DNA of 64,000 bases from contig NC_087250.1 of assembly GCF_037042905.1 (NCBI RefSeq), forward strand, positions 22,570,001 through 22,634,000, read 5' to 3'. Origin of the DNA: Lytechinus pictus (taxonomy: Eukaryota). The translations under genes were made by a program, and so were the position numbers. Positions 13,333 to 25,143 of the stretch are shown piece by piece. The stretch's first letter is position 1. Each line of letters starts with the position of its first letter. The notes beneath the pieces were generated by a model. The model made no database searches and had not been told where the DNA came from. It was given only the letters and a program-made list of their open reading frames with translations.

Positions 13333-13929
13333 AATCAAAACTTATATGTACATGTGTAGTAGACAGAGCAGTTTATTTAGTGCATTACTTTTTAAGGTAG
13401 ATTGAAATTCTTTACATAATGATACGAAGATTGAATAGACTGTTTACGTTTTCTTAACAATGCATCAGAAACTCTGAATGAAAATAGATAAACAATGGAT
13501 TAAAAAAAATTTCATGAAGATTTTAAACTCTACAGCTAAAGCATGAATATCACAAGTAATTTGTCAAATATATTTCTGAAAGAAATTAAAGGATGATTCT
13601 ATAAAATAGTAATATCAAACAAATGATAATAGCTTGCAATGTATTTATAGTGCTTACTACAGAAATGTATCTTAGGCCCTATAAAAATAGGTTGAAAAAA
13701 AGGATGTTCAGCAAAAATGATATTTTATAATTTAAATTTGATAAATTAAGAAGCTGCATATGCTAAGAAAAATGACTGTTTAGTTAACAAAGAGGTTTTG
13801 AAATTGAAATCATGAGGCTTCAAACATTGATTGTTGATTAAAACGAAATTGGTATAAAATATACCTGAATCATAAGAAAGACCAAGTCCATCTCATGCCA
13901 AACTTAATTAAACGAAAAAAATGTTGCTT

Positions 13930-16190
13930 ATACCTCTCGTGTCCCTGCTTATACATTAGCCCATCATGTGTGTCATTTATATCCTGGAATTCACGTCCCA
14001 AACCTTTTGTCAAACAAGAAAAATGTTGTGATTTTGGGATTTAAGAAGCAAGATGGTCATTTGATCACGAATGATAAATCGGAATGCATGAATACATCCT
14101 ATCAACCAAGCTACCATATTTTTATCACAAGTGTCCACTTTCATGCACAGATAATCCAATGGAATGCTTAATACCCGAAGCACACCGTCCTTTTCTATTG
14201 ACAACAGAATGCAGGCAGGAATTCATCAAAGAGAGGAGCAACGGATACCTGCAATAAGGATCAAAACAAAATGAATATTAGAAAATTTGCTCTTCGGTAT
14301 TCTTTCTGGAAATATATCTTCGTTGATCAAGCAATTAATAAATCCTTTACCTGAATAAGCAAAATGCATTTTTTTCTATTTTTCATTTCTCCTGCAATAG
14401 GAAAGTTAGCAGATTATCTATATTTTTTTTCTTCAGTGAAATCTTTGAAATTGTCTTATTTCACATATTAAGAGTATAAAATTAGAAAAAAATTTGACCA
14501 ACAACATTGAAACTTGATAAAAGACAGTAAAAGACATGTAGTAGGGGGCCAATATATTTTTTCTTCATTATCACATACCTCTAGTAGGTGTTGAATACAG
14601 AGAATATCACATTGAAAACTGAGTGAGTATACCAACCTATACATTTACAGAAGACCTGTTCTTCCTGCTAAGTACAGGGCTTGTTCCCCATCAGGACTCC
14701 TGATGTAGACATGGCCTGGATTGGCCCCAATCGATAGCACCTATGACTCTTGGAAACCTGAAGCAATCATCAAATTGTCGCTGGGTGGTTTGAATTTCTC
14801 GTCATTGGAAACTTTATTCACTGTTACTCCTTGCTATTGCCTCAGAAAAATCTTTGATGATTCTGCACACGGATGACTGTGATATAGTTGCTTTGTCTGC
14901 TTGCATCTTCTAAAAGGTACCTTTAGTTATCGAATGATAAGTGATGTTATGTAATTGGTTTATTGATATGAAAGCCAATTGATACTTTACCATTTACGTT
15001 TGCAAACATTGTGCTTCTGTTATGACCTGATGTTTATGATGCACTGGAACTGCTTAAAGAGATTTTTCTTTGATTCATTAAAAAAAAAACTCTACTGCAA
15101 TAACAATCCATGCAAAATGGAGAATATCTCTCTAGCTGAAATGACATACCAATATTTCTTTTTGAGTGGTTATAAATCATCCTTCATGATAATTTCCCAC
15201 TTGAATATGACATATTTGTATTAAAAAATGTTGCTACATTGTAAAAAATGAGAGAAAAATAAAATCCCCACCTATTTCCAACCCAAAGGGTTACGTGTTT
15301 CATTCCGACAAAAACCTTTCTGTGAAATACCCCCAACACTCCCCCTCCCATGTAAGGGGTTACTAGTACTCCTGGCTGAAAGCAGAAACAAAAATCGTAC
15401 AATTTGGATGATTAATAATGAATATTAGGTTTTGCATTAATTATTTCTGTAAAACATGTGCATGTTTTCATGAATATGCAAGAAATAGCCTGATGATGTC
15501 ACATCCACACATTTTCCACACATGAATGTACAAGGGTTCCATGATATTTGCTCTGGCGACAATTACTCAATGGAAAATCTGCATGCTAAGCAAAACATGA
15601 AACTTAATTTTCATGACTAGATACTTCCAATCCTTGATCCTTACATTATTCTGAACTCGCAATAACTATCTTAAATATATAATCAGCAGTCAACCCCATT
15701 TTTACATTCCTGGAGGAAAAAATTAATGATTATAATTTCAGATCACTAGAGAACAAGTGGGGATATGAATATTGCATATGAGATACACAGAACTGTTTCC
15801 CCCAAGTTATGTAAAACTTTAAAACTGAATCAATTCATAATTCTCCATCCAATATTGATGGTTTTTGCTAGTCGAATTGTTCTTTATCAAAATCTCATCA
15901 TTTTTGGCCTGGAAAATCACTTTCATAGAACATAATTTGACCCCCCCCCCCCATTACCCTCTGCTTTATAGTTTGCACATGAAAACTCACCAATGACATA
16001 AAAGAAAGTCCTGTCAAAACCTGTAACATGACAGGCAATGTGTGGTTCTCTCTGTTGGTACCCCACTCTGAGAGGTTCATCCTCGTAGTATTCAAATGGA
16101 TTCTTCCTGTCTCTTAATCCATGCTGTGGTCTTTCTATGTGTTGCTGAATCTGCATGGAAGTTGGAAGATTGTGTTGAAGAGTCACCATG
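13930..16190 (-). pseudogene. Intron-interrupted Harbinger (HARBI1-like, DDE_Tnp_4) transposase pseudogene
   Basis: Minus strand: RDRKNPFEYYEDE (~16080-16120). Exon 14909-14637 gives ISQSSVCRIIKDFSEAIAR, IKFP, FRFPRVIGAID, HVYIRSP and RKNRSSVNV*, followed by a GT donor. A weaker downstream CD...VAW...H motif lies at ~14070-14140. Frameshifts and stops are present. Confidence 0.85.
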
Positions 16191-19073
16191 AATGGGCAAT
16201 TTACTCTTTGAATTTCATTTAATTCAAAAGTGTTTAAAATGAGGAACAGAATGTGAAAGATTATACAGAAATCCTTAAAAAAAGATAGGATAAAAATTCT
16301 AATTGACATGAGTAGCTTTTCTATTTACCTACTTGTAAAAGTGAAGAAGAAAAACCTGCCAATTGTTGCTGATCATCATCATTGATCAAACCACGCACGT
16401 CTTAGAGATGCTTCTATGAAAACTGATTAACTGAATCACTTTCAATTGGCTTTAATAAAGAAGGCAAGGCACTAATTTTATGGAACTTTGTTTACACAAA
16501 TAGAGGTTATTGCTTGCGAGTGATTTTCGAATAACATATTTTCATGAATCTTCATCAAAGTCTCATTAAACCTTTTTTTCTACCCCCCCCCCCCCCGGCA
16601 TTCATCAGACTGACAATGTTTTCTTTCTCTCTTTTAAATAAATATTCAACAAAATGTCAGGATTAATTGGAGATCAACAAGCCTTAAAAAAAAAGCTAGT
16701 GACCAGTAGACAAATATATATGTTAATAACACACAAGCAAGGTCCCCCCCCCTCTTCTTTTTTGTCAATTACTATGACAAGAATGAAAAAGTAACATACA
16801 TGTCACATGATACATTTACAATTACATGATGAATTCAAATCCCGGAAATAATATTTTATTTAAGAAGGCCATTTTAATGACATTTAATTTTTTTTAAATA
16901 TGAATTGATAAGGCATACCTCACTCTCTTGCAAGACGGCACAGCAGTTCAAAATTGTGAGCCATGTTTGCCTTGTCTTGATTGATCACAATCTGCCGAGT
17001 ATGTATGGTCTGTTGCTGATATGGAAGAAAAAAAAATAATGAAAAAAATATTCATTCATCAATCATACTGCAATGTCAAAGTATAAAAAAAAATAATAAA
17101 GCAGCTACAAATGTAGATTGATAAAATCCGCTGTTTCAGAGGAGTCTTGTAACATTTTCTGATTTTTTTTTTGTGGGAGGGGATGCTGCGGAGCCACATG
17201 AAGTCTCAGGGGAGCATATCTCTGACAGAAATAAACCTATTTATCGGTCTACTACAAATGTAGAGGACTTAAGATCAAATGCACTTGTCTGTGGTCTCAT
17301 GTGAATTTAACATTGAAAGGACACCTTGTGAAAAAAAAAATACTTGAAACAAAGAGGGTGGGGTAGAGAAAATAACCCCCAAAAGAGAGAATTTTCAAAG
17401 TTAGACCTCAGTTAGATCTACTCAAATTATTAATAAGGCCTAGGATTTCCATTATTTTGTAATGTTTTGACGACACCGTAAATCTAGTATAAGTGATCGC
17501 AAATGCGATGCCGAAGGTCAGTAAAACTTAGTTTTAGTAAAAGTAAAATCAGCTCATTTATAGCTGTTGGAGTAAACAGCGGTGAGTGGAACCCAATCTT
17601 TTTTTTTTTTAATTTCCAAAAATAATTTAATCAGGGCTTAGTCCACTCATCCTACGAACGAGCCTTAGTCTTACTAGAGAGGTGACCCTTATTATAATAT
17701 TTTTTTTTACTCCAACGATGTTGTAGGACTAACTCTAACATGGCTACCAGGTAAGCTTCATAGCTTGACCATCTATCCAAGCCAAGGCAAAGCCAGCCCA
17801 GAGTAGAATGTCTATACCGGCTCTGTATTTGTAACGTTAGTGTTTAAAAAAAAATTATTTGTAATTGTAATTTGTATTGCTGCTATCCTGCCAGGAGTCC
17901 TGGCCTTGCCTTGGCCTTGCTTTAGGCAAAATTAGATGCACAGTAGATTGTGTTGGCAGAGCCAGGAGAAGTGGCAGGGGTATCGTAGACAACAAAAATT
18001 TCATGAAAATCACACGAAATCGAGAATCACTCAAAATCACTGCCTGGCATAACTAGTAGTAGTATCGGCCTTTCAATCACGCCTACCTTGCCTGTGTAGT
18101 GTACGCTAATTGCGTCTCGCACTGCACTGCACTGCTCATAGATATGAACGCACACAAAAGTACATGGCTGGGACTGAGCAGCTTAGAGACGCGACGATAA
18201 CAATGATTCAGACCGATTCAGATACCATTTCAAGTTTTCGAGTATACTTTTTGGAAAGTTAAAGCTATCAATAATAGTTACAGATGGAACTGAAGGCTCC
18301 GTCATGATTTAAGCTCCAAAAATTATGTAATTTACTTACAATCTCGGTGGAAGTCGTGAAATATGAAGCTTTAGATAAGCCGATCACACCAAATCTCGTC
18401 TCTGTCCAAAAAACTTTTTTCTTGCATGCAGCAAACTTTTCCGCAATCGAAATGCTGCTCTCTGATTGGTTAAAACAGTGGACTAACTTTAACCCACCGA
18501 TTTAGTCCACCCCAAAGAGCTGACTAAGTCGTGACGTCAAATGACGCGTTTTATACCCCGGTATAACTTTAGTCGACCTTTGTGAATCGCAAAAGTTAGC
18601 CCCTAGGTGCTAACTTTAGTCCATGGATTAAAATGACGTCAAATGACGCGTTTTATACCCCGGGTATAACTTTAGTCCACCTTTGTGAATTCGGGCCAAA
18701 AAGATTAATTGGAAGATGATTAACCCTTGTCTAATTTAGGAGATACTTTTGCATTTTCTCAACCAGCTTGCTAGCAAGTACAAATTGCATATGGTTGGAA
18801 AGATGAAAGAGTACTTTAAAAATTGATACCATTCCAGAAACTGTATGTGATGCTGTTCCTGATTAAAGCCAAGTATTTTGAATTAATCATTACCCACTCA
18901 AAATTGGCAACATGATAAAATCACAATTTAAAAATGCAAATTGGCAACTCTTCAATACATGTATCCCTTCATAATTGATTTAGACTCGTGTCATATTTCC
19001 ATATTTCATGTTCGAAGTATAATGAATAGGAAATTCATGATTGTTGCCAATTTAACGAGCATAGGAAGATTAA

Positions 19074-20734
19074 AGATAAATTCCAGTTGTGGGAACGATC
19101 TCAAAATGACTTTCTACAGAATTTAATATAATGATCACCAAAGTGTCTGTTTGTATGAATATTAAATATGTGCCAAAGGATTCTGGAAGAAATTGTGTAA
19201 TTGCTGAGAAATAAGCGCGGATTCGGTCACTTCCGTTGGGTCTTTATTCCTGCAATAATAATACACTGTCTCACGTGTGCCTATCTGTGTTGGCGATCTT
19301 CAGTGTGATCGTTTTTTAGCTAGATATTATGATTTCACAAAGTTCAGTTTATGTAACTGTACCAGATTTAGATCCACGATGATATATCAATACACAGGGT
19401 TGTTTGATTTAAATCATGTCGATTTAAATCATGATTTAAATCGCGATTTAAATCACTTGATTTTTTTCAAAAAAATCACTGATTTAAATCAACTTTTATG
19501 AAAAAAATTAGTTTTCTCTATTTTCTCTTCTTCTTAACAGATACTTTCAATGTAATCATTTTCATTTCTGTTCCACATGCTTTAGAGATACTTTAAAAGA
19601 ATGATACACCCTCATGGAGTCTGATTTAACACCACTGTTTTATTTTCAAATTGTAAAACAAGCAAAACTGATGAAAACAACAAGTTTCTAACGAAGTAAT
19701 GATAAATAACTCTCTGTATGTACACCAAACTGTTAAATCTTCAATAAAATAATATATAAAATCTACAAAGGTGCTCAAAGTCCACAACTTGGATACTATT
19801 ACAAAACAGCTGAACTACTTGTATGTACCTCCTTCTTGTTACTATTAATACCCATTCTTTAAATTACTTAAGTTGAAGGCATATGTGTACATTGCACTTT
19901 TCATGGTGTGTTTTCATCCGCTTCACAATCCCCATCAACTCAAAACCACATAGTTTGCACTTTGCTCTGCATCCAGTTGCAGATTTTGATGGCAGTTTCT
20001 CAAAAAAGTACCAAATGGGGTCTGATTTTCTTCCAGACATGCTTATTCATGCATCACAAAAGCTGCAAAACCCTTGTTTATTAGCTATTACCAGCTGATA
20101 GTTGGGAAGTCCCCCATGTGATAGTTTTAGGAAATATTCCTAGCTAAAATCCCCCATGTGATAATTCTAGGAAATATTCCCAGCTAGAATTCCCAAGGGC
20201 AGTATAGGAACCCTAACAGGCCTTTAATAATGTCAATTTTGTTGGAAATTCTAAAGTTCTTTGAGTACTTCATGCATTGGAGTAACACTTCGGATGTTTT
20301 GAACTGACTGATATAAAAATTTCAAGAGTTTAAATGTATACATAATACATAACATTACTTGGGCTTCCATAAAATTTCCCTCTCTATAATGCAAATAAAT
20401 TAAAAAAAAAAAAAAAAATTACCTGTATATAAGTGGATTATTGTGTCAAATAGTACAATACACAATGTTCAAAAGACTACTTGACCACTATTATTGGTGT
20501 AAAACAGTTTAAATATAGTTTAAAACTTGTTAAGTGTGACCATTATTTTTCGTTGGAAAAAAATCAAAAAAATCTGATTTAAATCATAAAAATCCGATTT
20601 AAATAAAAAAAAATCAAATTTTTTTGATTTTTTTAAAAAAATCAAAAAAATCAACAACCCTGTCAATACATTACCTTGGTTTTACAGACTTTCTCACGAA
20701 ATCAGTGTTTTACTGCAACTACGTTCATTTAGCT
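19074..20734. mobile_element. TTAA-flanked Kolobok-like element interrupted by a hAT element
   Basis: TTAA-AGATAAATTCCAGTTGTGG ... GCT-TTAA. An uninterrupted relative lies at 62841-63232. Confidence 0.7.
19395..20662. mobile_element. Non-autonomous hAT element
   Basis: TIR CAGGGTTGTT, subterminal GATTTAAATC arrays, and a perfect 8-bp TSD TCAATACA (19387-94 and 20663-70). Confidence 0.9.
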
Positions 20735-20821
20735 TTAATTTGAACTTATGAAAGCTCTAGTGGTCTGAAAATGTTTTTCTATTATGACCGGTAAACTAAC
20801 TATATTGTTCAATCTGTGTAG

Positions 20822-21164
20822 GATTGCACGTCACAGGCATATCCACGGTCCAGAGATTCTCGACGAAGACAATAAGGAGGAAGAAGAGAACGATATCAGT
20901 CATCGAAGCCAGGACCGTGGTCGCAGGCTGCACGAGCGGCGCGAGGAGAGCTCCGACGATGAAATTGTCGCGGAAAGAGAAACTGAGGTGTATTCGAGGA
21001 GCTTCCGGGAAGTGGACCGCCGGGAAGCAGCGCCCAGCAAGGTGTATCGGATGGAGGTGGAGGAGAGTTCGTCAGACGAGGAGGAGCTCGATGAGGAGGA
21101 GATCGAGCGGAGGAGGGCGGCGATGAGGGCTCGAGCTAGACAACGTTTTCAGGAAGATGAGGAG
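20822..21164 (+). CDS. MFAP1: MFAP1 coding exon 4
   Basis: TGTAG acceptor; (R)IARHRHIHGPE...DEEEIERRRAAMRARARQRFQEDEE; GTAGGG donor at 21165; phase 2 in, phase 0 out. Confidence 0.93.
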
Positions 21165-21726
21165 GTAGGGTAAAGGGGGAGTTACGGACTGACCGGCAAA
21201 AAATGTTTTTTTACTTTCTGGGGGGCACTTTTCATGACCTAATGCCTAAATTTGCTTTAGGATTAGCTTTGATATTACAGTAAATCAGTATTTCCAAGGG
21301 CTCATTACAATATACAGTGCTCTTGAGCCCTGTGTAATTTTTTCCCTTGCAGACCAACATTGAGTGTTGTCTCATATTGACTGTGTGTTATTCATAATTA
21401 GTCTGAAATATACCATTCTAGATTACTTTCAATGATACAGAGAATGAATTAGCCTATAATTTCATTCGTGGAGAGAAATTGAAGTATTATTTTAAGAGGA
21501 GAAGCACTTGTTTAGCTAAGTGGTAGCATAATTATTTCGGTATGAATGTATTGAGTAATAAATTACTGTGCTATCATTGAAGCGGGACTATATTACAAGA
21601 CTCAGAATATTGCATTATGGGTTAGAAACCTGGCCAGATCCGAGTGCTTGGAAACTTAAGATGGTGCTATACAAAGCTACTGGTTGTATTAGCTTTAAAC
21701 TTCCTTTTAAGATTTGTAAACTCATC

Positions 21727-22131
21727 GGCCCAAATTCACAAAGGTGGTTTTTAAAACCATCGGTTGAACCCATGGTTCATGCAGATTTCCTGTATAAATT
21801 ACGCTTATTTACGGCTTATGTTGAAAAATGTCCAATGCTGATGCGCGCTTTTGTCAAATTGCACAAAATTGACGCCTGTTGCCGTGGTTATCCACGCTAT
21901 TATTTTTATTCATGAGTCCACTGTTTGAAGAGTGGACTCATTAATTCAAAACAGTGGACTTATAAATAACCACAGCAACAGGGGTCAATTTGGCGCAATA
22001 TGATAAAAGCGCGCATCAGCATTGGACATTTATTTAATATACGCGGTAATTAAGCGTAATTTTTACAGGAAATCTGCATAAACCATGGGTTCAACCGATG
22101 GTTTTAAAAACCGCCTAGGTGAATTCGGGCC
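21727..22131. mobile_element. Palindromic Harbinger MITE sharing terminal sequence with the 8.4-kb element
   Basis: GGCCCAAATTCACAAAGGT ... GTGAATTCGGGCC; almost entirely self-complementary. Confidence 0.85.
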
Positions 22132-22158
22132 ATAACCTTTCACCTTTGACCCTCTTAG

Positions 22159-22289
22159 GTGCTTGGAGTGGACGATGAGATCAAGAAGGAGAAAGTAGAT
22201 TCAGAAGAAGAGGAATCCTCAGAATATGAGGAGTATACAGACTCGGAAGAAGAAGATGGACCAAGGTTAAAACCAGTCTTTGTTGCTAA
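22159..22289 (+). CDS. MFAP1: MFAP1 coding exon 5
   Basis: CTTAG acceptor; VLGVDDE...SEYEEYTDSEEEDGPRLKPVFVA(K); GTAAGT donor at 22290. Confidence 0.95.
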
Positions 22290-22306
22290 GTAAGTGTTCA
22301 AAACCA

Positions 22307-22685
22307 TTATTATTATTATTATTATTTGTTTTGGCATCACCTGTGCCTGGTAGGCGTAAAGCGAACTGAATCACTATGACCCGCAGGTCTCTCCTCCCGA
22401 ATAACTGATTGGGCGGAGTGCAGGTGGACCATTACACTGGGATTCCCCCTACTCTTATACGAATAGTGCAGTGGGTTCTTAACGTGCAAAGGTGGTGACT
22501 CTCCTCTACACGGGGCATCCATTTAACGTCCTATCCGAGGGACGGATCCATAGCCTGCATCTATGAAATATGGGAGAGACGTTTACTAAAAACGCACTGG
22601 CTTCAGTCATCCGCCCGGGGTGGACTCGAACCCACGATCTTTGGTTCGACGGGCAGACGCGTTACCGACTGAGCCAACAACGCTC
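22307..22685 (-). mobile_element. tRNA-derived SINE
   Basis: Minus-strand A/B boxes (TGGCTCAGTCGG, GGTTCGAGTCC) at ~22620-22680 and a (TTA)n tail at 22307-22325. Confidence 0.8.
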
Positions 22686-22706
22686 TCGACTGATATCAAT
22701 TTTATA

Positions 22707-23250
22707 GCCCATATTCTGAAGTCAGGATTAATCTAAACTCTGAGCCCCGTCTTACAAATACAATTGATCCGATCAATCACAACCATGGAAAGCCTGGAAC
22801 ATCAACACCTAAAATGCATGTTCAAAATATTTTCTAGGTATGTTGTTTATCCATACATTCATTGCTTTCTTGAAAAGTGAGGGTGCTTCTCTTTGTTTAC
22901 ATAGGACATCACGCAAATTCCCTTTAGAAAAAAATACGACACTGATGGATTTCCATACATTAGAGGTTGATTGGATCAATCGTAACTATCCGTGAGACGG
23001 GGGCCCTGGTCTAAAGTTATAGTTTAACTATTGTCAGCCAATAGTGACATAAATAAATGTATTTTAATGTATGGGCTCATTTCACTCTCGATTCACTCTT
23101 CACTGTCTGGGAAGGATGAATAAGATAGTTGTCTTCACCATAAAAAGAGCACAGCAAACAAAAAAACCATACCATGTGAGCAAAATTTTGACATATTTGG
23201 CTTCCCATAATTTCAGAATAGAGAAAGACCATGGTCTAAATTAACCCTAA
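22707..23250. mobile_element. Decayed Harbinger MITE (GGCCCGTATTCTGAAGTC family) with a nested GGGCCCCGTCTTAC MITE at ~22743-23005
   Basis: Similar to 28587-28897; the nested element is flanked by CTG/CTG. Confidence 0.65.
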
Positions 23251-23282
23251 CTTACCCGGGGGAGGGGGGGGTTCAGCCGGTA

Positions 23283-23545
23283 CAATGCATTTAAGACATA
23301 CATTTTATGTATCTAAGCGCTTACAGATATATTATTACCGCGATCATCGGATTCAATCAGTCATTCCCGCACACAATGTATGCACATCCTCCACTCCCTG
23401 GGGAGTATTCCAGTCAGTCGCCGGTGAGGCGCACACAGTACTGGACAAGCTACAATGACTTTCCCATCCTACCTGGTACCCTTTTAGCACCTGGATCGAG
23501 AGTGGCAAAGTGTGGATTAACGCCTTGCCAAAGGACACTTGGCAG
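23283..23545 (-). mobile_element. SINE fragment, same family as 26398-26757
   Basis: Shares the core TCCACTCCCTGGGGAG ... TTAGCACCTGG ... CAAAGTGTGG ... AACGCCTTGCCAAAGGAC. Confidence 0.7.
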
Positions 23546-23620
23546 AGAATTCACATATAATCATTTGTTTATGAGCCACTTTACCATTCTATCATGATTT
23601 TGTAATTTCATTGTTTTCAG

Positions 23621-23729
23621 GAAAGATCGTGTCACTATTCAAGAAAAGGAAATAGCTGCTATGAAAGAGCAGGAACTAGAACAAGACGCCAAGCGCAAGG
23701 CTGAGGAAAGGAAAAGAGAAACGATAAGA
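23621..23729 (+). CDS. MFAP1: MFAP1 coding exon 6
   Basis: TTTTCAG acceptor; KDRVTIQEKEIAAMKEQELEQDAKRKAEERKRETIR; GTAAGT donor at 23730. Confidence 0.95.
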
Positions 23730-24169
23730 GTAAGTGTCATTCTTTCAACCACTTATTAATTCAATTGAACTGGGGCATCAGGTTTTATGTGAATTCAACG
23801 TCATTTACCTGGGACAAGTAGTAGGCATCTTGTCTGCGTAGGAACCAGGCCAATAACACATTGACTTTATGGGGCTTATTAGGAATTTGTGTGGTCATAT
23901 ATCGGGCATTGTACCGACTCCCACCGAGTTCGTGTGTGATGTCATCAATTTGTTTGGTTCTCTATTATTATTTTAAGTAGTAGCTGCGTTATTATTATCA
24001 TAAATATTATTGTTGTTGATGCTGTTGTCATTATTCTTACCATCATCATTACCATCGTCACGATGTCATCATCATCATAATCCTCGTCCCCATCCTCCTC
24101 ATTATCATCATTATTAATATGAGTATAATATTTATAAATAATATTTTGATTATCATCCTGTCATTGTAG

Positions 24170-24339
24170 ATGGTGGAGCTAGATGCAAGGCAGCTCCAGC
24201 AAGTGGAGGAGGACGTTGGTTCCAACGAGCCAAACCTCTTGACCGTAAACACCGACGACGAGAACGACGAAGTCGAGTACGAGGCTTGGAAGGTTCGCGA
24301 ACTCCGCAGGATCAAACGTGACAGGGACGAACGTGAACA
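24170..24339 (+). CDS. MFAP1: MFAP1 coding exon 7
   Basis: TGTAG acceptor; MVELDAR...NTDDENDEVEYEAWKVRELRRIKRDRDERE(Q); GTGAGT donor at 24340. Confidence 0.96.
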
Positions 24340-24425
24340 GTGAGTAGAGTTTCTTGGTTCCCGAAACATTAATGGTTTGACTGACTTTTGTGATTGATCA
24401 TACACATTAATAAATGCAATCAATT

Positions 24426-24874
24426 CTCGCTACCCCAAATAGCGATTTCGCCGAGATCCGGGAAAATCCCTGTAACGCGCATTGCATTATGGGATAGCTT
24501 TTCGGTATTACAACTTCCTTATCGGAAGTCCAGTGCACTGTTTTGCCATTCAGATCAACAGTGCCGTCATGCACAACAACACAACGTCGCTTTCGCTCGG
24601 AAAGTTCGTGATCACAACCCTCTCTTTCACATTTTCACGTGAAATATATTTTTTATTTCTATTTATAATTCAAATGGAATCAAAACTGACCAAATTAGAT
24701 AAAAAGTATTATAATCTGTACATATTACGCTGATTTCAGCGTGGTGGAAAACTCAGTATCGCGAACCTCGCGCGAGCATAACTCTGAACCGGAAGTGTTG
24801 ATGACGACCCGACGAAGTGAAAATTATCTCGTCTCGCGCATTATGAGATTTTTGTTCCTATTTGGGGTAGCGAG
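24426..24874. mobile_element. MITE with TIR CTCGCTACCCCAAATAG and 4-bp AATT TSD (Sola-like)
   Basis: Perfect TIR; AATT at 24422-25 and 24875-78; an uninterrupted copy of the host sequence is at ~1417-1470. Confidence 0.8.
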
Positions 24875-24971
24875 AATTGTAGAATCAGCCCTAAGATTAA
24901 CAGGTCGCTGGTATATGTAAATGTCTTGTACTACAGTTGCATGTCATCCTTGGTAGAGTGCAATAGAACCA

Positions 24972-25143
24972 GGTAGGTGTTTCATAAAGCTGTTCGTAAA
25001 GTTACGCACAACTTTACGAACGACTGCAATATGTTCTTAGGTCCTGAATCATTTACATAGGGACATCACATAACACAAGAAAGGATCACCAGTCGTGCGT
25101 AAAGTCATTCGTAACTTACGAACGGATTTATGAAACACCCACC
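24972..25143. mobile_element. Small palindromic MITE (GGTGTTTCATAAAGCTGTTCGTAA family)
   Basis: Self-complementary ends; a related copy lies at ~50564-50778. Confidence 0.65.

Larger units (their letters stand above)
10282..18697. mobile_element. 8.4-kb PIF/Harbinger transposon, full-length but decayed
   Basis: TIR GGCCCGAATTCACAAAGGT(C/G)GACTAAAGTTATACC at both ends, with subterminal repeat arrays. 3-bp TSD TAA/AAA. Contains an internal HARBI1-like transposase remnant. Confidence 0.9.

Noticed and set aside
22612..22685. tRNA genes at SINE heads (also ~26690-26757, 39700-39775 and 2950-2980)
   Set aside because: A/B boxes are attached to SINE bodies and simple-repeat tails (one has a TSD); no intact cloverleaf is evident.
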